Shown here: in pieces, positions 12,824 to 24,461 of the stretch
How positions within the stretch are numbered: position 1 is the stretch's first letter
Layout of the letters: every line of letters starts with the position of its first letter
Assembly (NCBI GenBank): GCA_012295275.1
Contig: CM022679.1
Coordinates: forward strand, 3,100,001 to 3,164,000
Reading direction: 5' to 3'
Origin: Chrysomallon squamiferum
Lineage: Eukaryota > Animalia > Mollusca
DNA length: 64,000 bases
Program-made: the position numbers and the translations under genes
The notes under the pieces: generated by a model
Told to the model about the DNA's origin: nothing
The model's input: the letters and a program-made list of their open reading frames with translations, nothing else
Database searches by the model: none

Positions 12824-14422
12824 CACACACACACAAACAACAATATGAAAAACTAAAATTAACTATACAAATTAAAAAACAAAAAAAAAAAAAAAAAAAA
12901 AAATGTATTTTACCTTCTTTTGTCTTTTTGTAATATGCTCAGAACTGATTTGACATCAACCAGTATTTATAACGTATCTACTTGTGTTCATCAACATTAC
13001 AATCATCATCAAATAAACAACAACTCTATTACGCTTGCATCAGGTGGTGGAGGGAACATCTCTGTACACGTCGCTAAACGGCGGGGCCCACATTTTGCCG
13101 CATGGAATAACACCTGCGCAAGGTATTTTATGTGAGATGCTGTTGACGACGGTGCTGGTTCTGACAGTGATTCTCAGTACCTGTGATGAACGTACTAAAT
13201 CAGGACGAGCCCCACTCGGTATAGGATTCTGTGTGCTCATCGACATCTTAGCAGGGTAATGAATATTCATTAGCTTAACGTTATCTAAATTTATTTCCAT
13301 CTGAATCATTATTTGACGCAAATAATGAATATTCATTAGTTTAACGTTATATAAACATATTTCTGTCTGGATCATTATTTCACGCAAATAATTTCTTTCT
13401 GTCTGAATCATTATTTGAGGTAAAGGTCATATGGACATAGAATGCAGAACAAGTAAACAAAGAGATAAAGAATTGCACTGTCTGTGAAAGGTAACCCACT
13501 GTAGCAGCTATAACCTGGGTTACACTTATCAGATACCAGGATGGTACATTTTTGACATTATCGAAGGCAGGCCATGTATTTTGATAGACCAGTCGTTTCT
13601 CTATGGTATGAGAAATACAGTTCCTGAGATTAATCACAGGAGTGCTTTACAGTCTGTCTGTCTGTACCCCTCTCTCTCTCTCTTTCTGGTAAAGGAACAA
13701 ACAAACAAACAAATAAATGTAAAAATAAATTAAACACACACACAAACACAGTCAAAAAAAAAAAACCAATTAAAAAAAAAAAAAAAAAAATTAAAGAAAA
13801 AGAAAAAAGAAAGAAAGAAAGAAAGAAAGAAAAAATACATGTTCTGTCCATTACAGCAATTTATCAACTTAACGTTTTTTTTATTTATGTACACGACTGT
13901 TAATGTGAAATGTTATTTATATGCGTAGTCAGCGCTACGATGACTTGTAAAGGAAGTAACAGTAGAATATTGTAACTCGTGTCGCACGTACAAAAAAACC
14001 CCCAGTAAAAAAAAAAAAAAAAAAAAAAATTATGAAGATGGAACCCTATGTACATATCGTTTGTCATACTTTATAATTGGTAAAACCTGGTTGTTTTAAA
14101 ATGTATATCCATATCCTGGAAACGTATAAGATGTTTTAGTCCAGGTTTTATCTTGTGTAGGATATTCTTTTTGCTTTTCATTTATTCATTCACTCAGACT
14201 TACTTTGTTTCAAGGATAAGGACAAGTGGAGCGTCAATGAATCCTGCTAGAAGTTTTGGTCCGGCGGTGATACTAAGTGCTTACAACAGCGAGGTGTGGA
14301 CCTACCACTACGTTTACTGGCTGGGCCCTCTTTTGGGTTCGGTTTTTGCCGCCATTATGTACAGGTAAATATCTAGCTATCTGTCTATGAACAACTATAA
14401 ATAAATATGTGTACTTAGAAAG

Positions 14423-14458
<36 letters not shown>

Positions 14459-14473
14459 AGAAACACACAGAGG

Positions 14474-14541
<68 letters not shown>

Positions 14542-14675
14542 TAAATTATAAAATATATATTGGTATATAAAAAAAGAAATCTTCATGATATCTTCAAATA
14601 AAATAATAATAATAATATAATAATAATAATAATAATAAAAAGATGAACATTAACTTAACATTTAAAACAAACAAA

Positions 14676-14710
<35 letters not shown>

Positions 14711-15251
14711 AATAATGTAAATTAAAATAAAATAATAAAGTAATATCTAATTTTGTGAAAATTTCTGTAAGCATCAATGGCATTTCCTAATCACTTATTT
14801 TCCCTCCTTCCACTGTTTTACAGAATGATATTATTTTGGCCCCCACAATAGTGAAAATAGTACATTTTCAATTCTTACAACAAAAAAAACCTTCAACATT
14901 CGTACCACCTTTCTGAACCACTAGCGGCACACAACAGAATGTCAGCCATATTTTAGGTGCTTCTCGCCCGGTAATCCTGCCAAGATTCAATCCATCAAAG
15001 TGAAATTAATAATAATCCTTGCTTGTTTCTTTCCGGCACTTGCTCGATCTTCCCAAATAATGCACAGGTTCACAAATGATCTAAATTAAATTATCAGACG
15101 ACAATATTTTGTTTGCAGGGCATTTTTAGCCAATCACAACAAGCGTCTTTTCATGAAACAGGAAGTACCTGAAGTATCAATTCAAACAGAATCAAAAATA
15201 CCAAATGTTTGGTTGGTCGAAATGTCCAATGACAAAACTGTAGATGATTAG
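11165..15251 (+). CDS. AQP8: Aquaporin-8/TIP-like MIP channel, gene B (~288 aa with last exon 5a)
   Basis: Exons 11165-11409 ([17 protein letters not shown]...ALSHGL), 12517-12643 (SGGHFNPA; absent from ORF track), 13044-13255 (TPAQGILCE...[12 protein letters not shown]), 14215-14364 ([14 protein letters not shown]), 15119-15251 ([15 protein letters not shown]...VDD*). Same intron positions and phases (2,0,2,2) as gene A; exons 2 and 4 are 127 and 150 nt in both genes. Confidence 0.92.
13256..13415. repeat. ~66 bp tandem duplication (about 2.4 copies) starting at the gene B exon 3 donor
   Basis: TAATGAATATTCATTAG.TTAACGTTAT...TCATTATTT.ACGCAAA occurs twice, followed by a partial copy. Confidence 0.75.
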
Positions 15252-15651
15252 TTTTATCGTAAAAGAATAGGGTGAATTAAAAATGATATATATACTCACA
15301 TTTAAAATTAGTTTTCAAAATTTATTTATTTTTTCATTTCATTAAATTTTGATCATTATTTTATCATTTATTTTATACTCCTTGACTGGCATGTTTTGAC
15401 GTTTCTGATGCATGTAAAATCCCCATCTACACTGTCATACAATTTAAAAAAATATAAAAATAAAATAAAATTAATAAAATAAAAAATAAAATAAAACAGA
15501 ATAAAATAAAATAAAAAAGAAAAGAACATTAATATGCAAATAAATAAAATTTTATGGACTGGGACGACAAACTTCAAATTGTGAAATAGTATACCTAGAA
15601 TAACAATTGATAGAAACTTTTTTAATGATTATACTTGTAATTATTTTTCAG

Positions 15652-15718
15652 ATTCTTCCTTGCAAGCCCTGAGAAAATAATTTTTCTCCATAAAATTTAC
15701 AGTGAACTTTGGAATTGA
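15652..15718 (+). CDS. AQP8: Candidate alternative last exon 5b of aquaporin gene B
   Basis: Acceptor ttatttttcag|A in the required phase gives RFFLASPEKIIFLHKIYSELWN*, which aligns with exon 5a ([12 protein letters not shown]) and gene A exon 5 ([13 protein letters not shown]). Confidence 0.65.
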
Positions 15719-17801
15719 AATTACATTTAAATTTGGAATTATTTTTAAAAACATTTTTTTTTATTATAATTTTTTTTACCTTTTTTCAGAATTTTATTTT
15801 AATGGCATAAAGCGCACAAATTTAATCTGTGTGGCATTTATTTTGAAGTTCAGTGCATTAAAATAGTTTTTCTTGTTGAATAAGTTTGTGTTGAATATTG
15901 TGGATACACTAAAGATCTTTTAATTATTTAAGAAATGTATGCATTCCTTGTTATGACATACACAAAGCTTGACCACTCATCAGATCTCTAATGCATTTAC
16001 AACTTGTTGTTCATCATACTGAAATGTGACTCCTGAAGCCCTCAAAAGAACAACAAATTAAAGACACTCAAACATTATATGTAAACTTAGTTGGCAACTA
16101 ACAACACTCTCCAAGTTCTTATTTTATAATAAAACACATTTTATGTTGTGCATCTTTTCATTGGTATCTGCCCTCAAGTATAATGTTAATGTATGATACA
16201 CAAGACAAACAAACGTAAATTAATTTATTTTAATTTGAATAATAAATAATGATAAAAAAATTGTCAGACAACATGATAGAAATAGAGCAAGATTACAAAA
16301 ATGCATTTTTTCTTCTCCTTCTTCAAACAAGTTTTCAACAGTCACACATGTCAAATGTTGACTTAAAAAACACTATATAATATTTTTCCTTTTATAAATT
16401 ATAAAATATATAAAAAATACATATAAGGAATCATTCACATCATTTTGGACAGACTGAAATAATATGAAAGCTGACAATAGGTAAAAACATCACAGTAAAT
16501 GGAAATGCAAGAAATCATTGCATCTTTTAATTTTGTATTTTATTTGCTAAAATCTTGTTCAATGCATGGTTACGGTTTAAAAATTAATACCAGTTCAAAC
16601 GGATGTGCAGACATCATGCTTTTGTTGTTTACCTTTCAATTTTCTACAGCTTTTTTCAAAACAACAGGAAGTTGTATGAACGTTTCAGGTTTTAAAAACA
16701 TGGTTCTTACTGTCTGGCAGCACATCACATGAATGTAAATTTATTAAAAAATGTAAGAAACGAAGTGTTGTAACTTCACAGGATTTTCACATCTGATATA
16801 ATCATCTGGGTCTTGTTTGGAACTCTTGTCTTGGCATAATCTGACACTGCATATGATCTGTGGTATTTTGTGTGACATTATTTTGCTTATGGCAGTGGTG
16901 GCACCAGTTCTTGGCACTTCTGATGAATAAACCAAGCCAGAGAGAGAACTGAGTTCAGTGCTGAATTCAGGGTAAACATTTAGTAGTCTGTTTTCATACT
17001 GTCGTACTCTGTGATTGGTATGGGACATGGTGAAATTTTCAACCTGTTCATTTTTGTTTTCTCAGTTTGGCTGTATTCATTTTTAATTTCCCAGGATCTG
17101 CTGCAGTTCAGTTCATGAAATATGTCTCTGTAATGAAAAGTTCCTGGAAGTGAAGATTATATTTCTGAGTAGCTTTCATGGATTTTGATATGAAGGATAG
17201 TGCAATGACAAGGGATTTGTTGTTTTATTCTCTTTTGTGGAAATCTTTCTCTTCTTCTAACTGGTCATCAGGAGCTGATACTGAGAAGGTGTTGTTATCA
17301 CGTCTTTCACTGGAAGCTTTTGCTGTTTGTCTCAATTAGTTCAAGTTACATCATGGTGATGGTATGTCCTGATACATTAAAGTTATGTGCATAATACCCT
17401 TGGTTTTCCAACCATTTTCTACTTCATATTTCACAATGCAGTTGGTATTCAGAAAACGGTATTTCCCAGGATGTGTCAGTATGAATCAAAAATATTTTAT
17501 TTTATTCCTACTTATTATTTTATTCCTAGATATTACAAATTCCAAATCAAAGATATCTTCTTCTAAAATCCTGCTTATGTAGTTGAATCATTCATTGTTA
17601 AAAGGTTTTCAAAATTAATGTCACGTCTGAGAATTGTAATGTAAGGACATCATTTTAATCCTGATGTAACTGTAGGGATGATGGTAATCATTTCTTGGTC
17701 TTCTGCGTCCTTCAAACTGAGGACTTAACAGTGGTCCACCAGCTTCAGAATGTCTGGCTGATGGTCCTTCCCATTGTGACCAGGCTGAGGCTATTCAGAC
17801 T

Positions 17802-18303
17802 TCACGTCAATCGCTTTGGACGTCTGACGTAAGGTGCCATAGATGAAGACCTGCGATAGACCCTTTGCTGGCTGTTATCACTGTAGTTTTGTACATATGG
17901 AGATTGGTGTCTATATGGAGAGCAGCTTCTGTGTGGAGAACAACTCCTGGAAGGTGATGTTCTTCTTACTGGTGACACAATGTATGTCTTCTTGGGTGAT
18001 GCTGAGTATGGTGTTATTGTAGATGACAGTTTACGCGTGGGTGACCTCTGAACATACTGGCTTGTTGACCTTGGAGTATACTGGTTTGGTGACCTTTGAG
18101 AATAATGGGGAGGTGACCTCTGAGAGTACTGAGCATGAGCTCTGAAATAAGTTGAAAAAATTAAAATAATTCGATTACTGTTTCAACTTAGAACACATAT
18201 AACAATAACTAATACAAATATTTGGATTATCCAGTGAACTGAAGAGGACTACTACATTATTTACCATAAAACACTTTTATGATGTTAATCTTACTTCTTT
18301 CTG

Positions 18304-18348
<45 letters not shown>

Positions 18349-21300
18349 ACTCAAATGCACACAAACATGAACATGCTCTTCCCAGTTTGATTCTCCTACC
18401 TCTCTGTATCAGTGTCCAGGTTTGAAACTGACTGAATGATGTCCAGTACTTTGTTCTTGTTGTCTTTCACTAACATGGAAGCTCTGTGGGCCTTCAATGC
18501 ACGTTGCACTTCAACAACTGGATCTTCAAACAGAAACCAAACATTACACATTCAAGTTTTATCTAATTATATTATTTGAATACAGTGAAGTAAAATATGA
18601 AACAAAGAAACAATAACAAATTATATATATATATATAAATATACATAAAACCATTGACAGAGAGAGAGAGAGCGCCATTCAGAACTGAAAACACAGAACA
18701 CATATGCAGAAAATACCTTTGTTGCAGATTAATATGTAATCAAAGCCTCAGATTTCATTTCTGCAGAAAGATGTCACTGAAAATACCACAGTACATTATT
18801 AACGTATTTCATTATCACATATACTTTTTTTTTACCTTCCTCATTGTCATCATCACTGTCATCACTATCGTCAGTGTCATCATCACTTTCATCATCATCA
18901 TCTGAACTATCTGAATCTGAATCATCAATCTTTACGGGAACACCATCAATTATGACAATACCATCAGCCGCTAAGTCATAATCTTCTTCTGCTATGTAAG
19001 CATGCGCTGCAACATTGGCTGCAACAGTGGCATCACTTTGATACACTGGAAGTTGGTATCCTGAAACCCCTCCAGCTCCTTTGTTTGAAGGAGGTTTCTC
19101 TGTTGGAGGATTTGCCATGAGAGCCCGAACTGAAGGAGCCTCCACCGAAGGAGGTTTCTCTGTAGCAGGAGCAGGTTCTACTTGTAATGATTTTTTCTTC
19201 TCTGGTGCAGAGCTTTTTTCATATGATTTTCTCCTGACTCTATAGAACAAAATGTTAAAAACCGTCTGGTAATTAAGGTAAAACAATGATTTTAGAAATA
19301 AAAAATTTGTTTAAAATGGCACACACTGTGTGACAAATAAATATTTTATTTTATTTGTCCCTAATTCATCTTATTTAAAAAATATACTATAATGCACACA
19401 CACACACAAAATAATAATAAAATTATTAAAAATAAAATAATATTTTGTTAATGTTTTGGTTATATTTCCCACCATCTGAGATTTAACATTTAATCATGAA
19501 CAATAAAATGGATACAGTTAAACAGTTTGTTTAGTTGCCTCATTTTTCTTTAATTAGCCTAGGTGCGACTAAGTACAAAACAAATACTTACATAATAATT
19601 CTACAGACTCCACAGAGAAGAATGATGACTAAAATGACAGTGACTATCACTATACCAATATCCGTGTCATCAAGTTCCAATACTGCTGCACAGAAAAACA
19701 TGTACATTAGGAAGGTAAAAAAACACATTATAGACATAATCAGAAAACCCCCATTAATTTAGTTCTTTTCACTGATATTTGGTATATATAGAACAAAAAA
19801 AAAAAAAAAAAACCAACAACAATGTTTATAAAAAAAAAAAAAGCTGAATAAATGAAAAAAATGAATTAATATTATAAACAGAACCAGTCTGTTTTTCTTA
19901 TTTCTTTTGTGATCTGATTACCTAATTTGGAAGTGTGTCTCCAAATGGCGAATGTTTTTATCATGATAAGATGTCCATTCTTGTTCACTGCACAGCCATA
20001 GAAACCGTCAGAATGTTTTTCAGGTACGAGTTTTATTGCACTTTCATTTCGACGTCCAGGGAGCTATCTCAGAGAAACATAAAACTCGAATAAAGAAGAC
20101 TGTTCGGTTAAACAAACACTCCTTTATTAAAGGAGAGTTCTTACAGGGAGAGTATTTTCTATCTTATTTCAGAACAGAGGTAGGTCTCCTATATGATTAA
20201 TTCAGAAGACTTACCATCTGATCAGGAGTTTAATTAGTTTGGATAATTAGTAAAAGCTAAAAATATTTCACTGATACACTCTATCACACAAACACACACA
20301 TTCAGTCACACACAGAATTTACATATCAATGATTGAGGTGAATGTTCACAATTTAGAAAGGAAGATACACCTTATGTACATTTTATTTAATTAAAATTAC
20401 ACCACTTTTAAAAGAAATAACACCACTGATAGATAATTAATATCCACAAAACTCCATTCAGTTATCCATCTCTTTACAAAACAGAGGCTGAAGATATTAA
20501 TTAATAAAAAAAAAAAAAAAAAAAAAAAAAGAAACAGAAACCCTTGGAATGATAACAATTCCTGAATCAGCTGATAACAGTCTGTCATCTTTAAACCATT
20601 CAGTGAAGACATCATTACTGCCAAAATCAGTATAGTCACACTTTAAATACACAATATCTTCTGCATGTTCCAGTACTTCATCAAGATGAGCTGCAGAGAA
20701 TGGAAATTTCATATGTGTAAGTGTATGTACATGCAAAGAGACAGAATGAATTTTTTTTTAATTTAGGTTTGCTTTGCTGTCATATATAATTCACTGAACA
20801 TCTGTCACTGTATAAAATTTAAGCTTGGAATGCAACCAGAAAAAGTATTTGAAATGGGGCATTGGGAAATAAAAAATTAACAGGCTCTGATCTTTTTCAA
20901 TAACTATTTATTTTAATACAGAAATCAGATCATGATATGAAAATTTCATTAGCTAGTTTTATCATTATATATTTCTGATATAAACAAAAGTTATTACATT
21001 TTTTTATATAACATAAAGAATAATTTACCTGAGATGGTGTAGCCCATGGAATTCATATATCCATCATTATCAGTTTTATTATTATATTTCTGATATAAAT
21101 AAAAGTAATTACATTTTTATATAACATAAAGAATAATTTACCTGAGATGGTGTAGCCCATGGAATTCATATATCCATCATTATCAATGAGTGCTGCTCTC
21201 TTAAACGAAAACCTCTGTCCGTTGACAACCACAACATCAACAATGCCGCTGAAGCCGGACTTCACCCCAGTGGCAAACTGGATGATGAGCCACTCTGCAG

Positions 21301-24300
21301 GCTCAGTGTGGCCGAGGAAGAGCTCACCTACAGGAGAGTACTTCTTACCTAGCCCAGTGACCTGCATCGCTGGGTGTCGGTCCACCTGCAAGTCCACCTC
21401 CATCCCATTCACATCAGCTGTCAGGTAGAACCACTGGTTTAACTAGCAGCAAAAACAACAACACAATAAAGTAAAGAATGTGTAAGTGTGTATATGATTA
21501 TATATCTGCGTGTATATGATTATATATGTGTTGTATATGATTATATGTGTGTGTGTATGATTATATATGTGTATATGATTATATATGTGTGTGTATATAA
21601 TTATATGTGTGTGTATGATTATATATATGTGTATGTATATGATTATATATATATGTGCATGTATATGATTATATATATGTGTGTGTATATGATTATATGT
21701 GTGTGTATGATTATATATATCTGTGTGTATATGATCATATGTATCTGTGTGTATAAATGATCACATATATCTGTGTGTATATGATCACATATATCTGTGT
21801 GTATATGATTATATATACATGTGTGTGTAATGTTTACTTACTTGCAGTTCTATACTTTCCTCACACTCAGTTTTCAGTCCACAGTTGAGACACACTTTGA
21901 TTGATCCGTGGTCTACGAAGATTGCCAGGAAGGAACCAGGTTCTTTGCCCTCGTTGTAGAAGATGAGGCCGTCTAGTGCGTGTATCTGCATCGTCGCTTG
22001 AATCTGCAGGTGTTGTGTGTGCTCAAAGATAAGTTTGGCGAAGAAACGACCTCGGAATTCTGAATGGCTGACAGCTGGTCCTGGATGAATGAATGAATAA
22101 ATAAACAAATACAAAAATAAACAGAAATATTTGCATGAGGCATGACAGGCCACAGAATCAAACCTTCTGAGTGTGCTCTGCATAATATGAGTAGCCAAAA
22201 GCCCCACTTCAATTTCTGATTTCAAATTATCACTGCATTAAAAATAAAAAATAATAATCCTATTTCTGACATCATGTTTCTGAAAACTTGATATTAAAAT
22301 ATTCCGAGATAAATATTTACACAAATATTTAATCATTTCCGATTAATTAAGCTGTCACTGACCAAGTGAGGTTTCGATAATTGACTTCTGCTGGGATGGA
22401 GACCCAGGCCCCACCCAGTCCATTGACCGGATCAGATTGAGTGGTTTGTAGTTCTGTCTCAGTTCAGAGATTACACCTTTAAAACCTGAAAGAGAAAAAT
22501 AAATCAATCTCTAGTACACCATTATGTCAAACGTGCATTACAGGTGGCAAACCTGTTCTACAATTTTATTCAAGTCTGCTGACCTCATTTTGTTTTATTT
22601 ATATAAATTTCCTTCTATTCAAGGTGTATATGAAGTGGTATGAATAAAATTTAATAGCCTCAGTTTGTTTATTTATGTAAACTTGTTTTTAATTCAAGAA
22701 AGTTAAAATGTAATTAACATGTCCCAGTTTGTTTTGTTTGTATAAACTTCTCTATGAATGTTTTATGTGTGAAAACTTACACTGCTAAATGTCAACGTTT
22801 AAAAGCTCAGCTAATACAAATTTAATTTTAAATGCCATTCTGCCTCAAAAATGAAATCAACATAGGTTTATCTAGTTATTATGATGACATTTTCTGAAGA
22901 AATATTTCTATTATAGTAAACAATTTATAATGATTAAATATATTCTTTATTGATGAAATGTAAAAAATTCTTTCACTTTGGAATTATTTCTGTTGTTGTC
23001 AATAAATTAAAAAATTATTAAATCTTTTTTTTCTCCATAAAAATTAAAAAAATTCCCACAAATCTCGAAATAATTTCTGTTTTAAATCATTTACAATAAA
23101 GATTATTAAATCAGTTTTCATCAATAAAATGTAAAAATTCCCACACTTCCGAAATAATTTCTGTTTTAAATGATAGTAATAATTATTATTAAACAATTTT
23201 TTCAATAAAACACATAAATTTTCACACCTCTTGAATGATTTCTGTCTGTTCCGATGATCATCTCTGCATCAAAGTTGATGTCGTGATGAGGGTCACTGTC
23301 GTACTTCGCTATGGCGTGTCTGGTATCGTCCACTCTGATGTAGCCCTCTTTTGTAGTGACCCCAACCTGCAGGTCATGCCAGTGTCCAACCTTGTTAACA
23401 AAACAACTAACCATGTTTATGTATTTTCATATAAAAATTAACAAATAAATACTGCTGAAGTATTTTGTTCAAAATTTTCATAGATGTATTTATTAAAAAA
23501 TTAGCTTTATTTCATTTTAACTGCTTATGTTTATTTAAAGCATGTTTGTTTTAAAGGTAACAACAGTAGCAATACAATATTCTTTTGAGTAAAGAGTAAA
23601 GATTCTTTTATATGCTATTTTCCCAGAACACTGTTCTTAGTATTTTTGCTATTATTACTCATCTGAAATAAAATAAAAATTTAAAATAATTTATAACAAT
23701 TGCTATTAAATAATTTCTTTATCAGTAAAATGTGAAAATTCCCCCCACTTCTGAAATAATTCCTTTTGAAAAATAACAATTATCAAAAAAAAAAATTTCA
23801 CATTATTATTATTATTATTATTATTATTACTTGAAGTGTGAGATTTGCTACAACGTGTAAATTAGATTTCCCATCATGCACTCTGAGGTTTGGTATTCCG
23901 TCTTCCAGACTGAGGGTTATGTGATGTTCACACTGCGACTCTTCTGTGCAGTTGTCGTATCGCTCGGCCAAAACACCACTGCTAGCCCTCGGCTGCAGTC
24001 GCAGGTAGAGAAGAAGAAACCTGGTTGGTCGCATGAACTGCTTGTAGATCATCCAGCTGTTCCCAGAGAATGTTATCCCTTTGTCGTTCTCATCTGTGGG
24101 GTAGACAAATCACTCGCAAATCAGAACTGTGACATCTCAACATAGTTTGATAGGTATTAATACAGTAATATTAACAGTTGTTAAGTTTACAACATATAAT
24201 TTATATCATTTAGCAGGAAGTGAACCTTTATATTCACCTTCCCATGAAAAAACCCCACATGAAAGCAGATAATGTTGTTTTTGGTGAACCGGACATGGAG

Positions 24301-24419
24301 CACTGGTTGGAATGTGAAACAGCATAAAATACAAAATAAATACTGTGCATGAACATTTTTTAGTAGCTGTAATAAATCATAAATTATAATTAAAATCTCT
24401 GTCTCTCTCTGACTCTTTA

Positions 24420-24461
<42 letters not shown>

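Noticed and set aside
16744-17028. 94-aa minus-strand ORF as an independent gene
   Set aside because: No recognisable domain; lies in the probable 3'UTR of the receptor gene.
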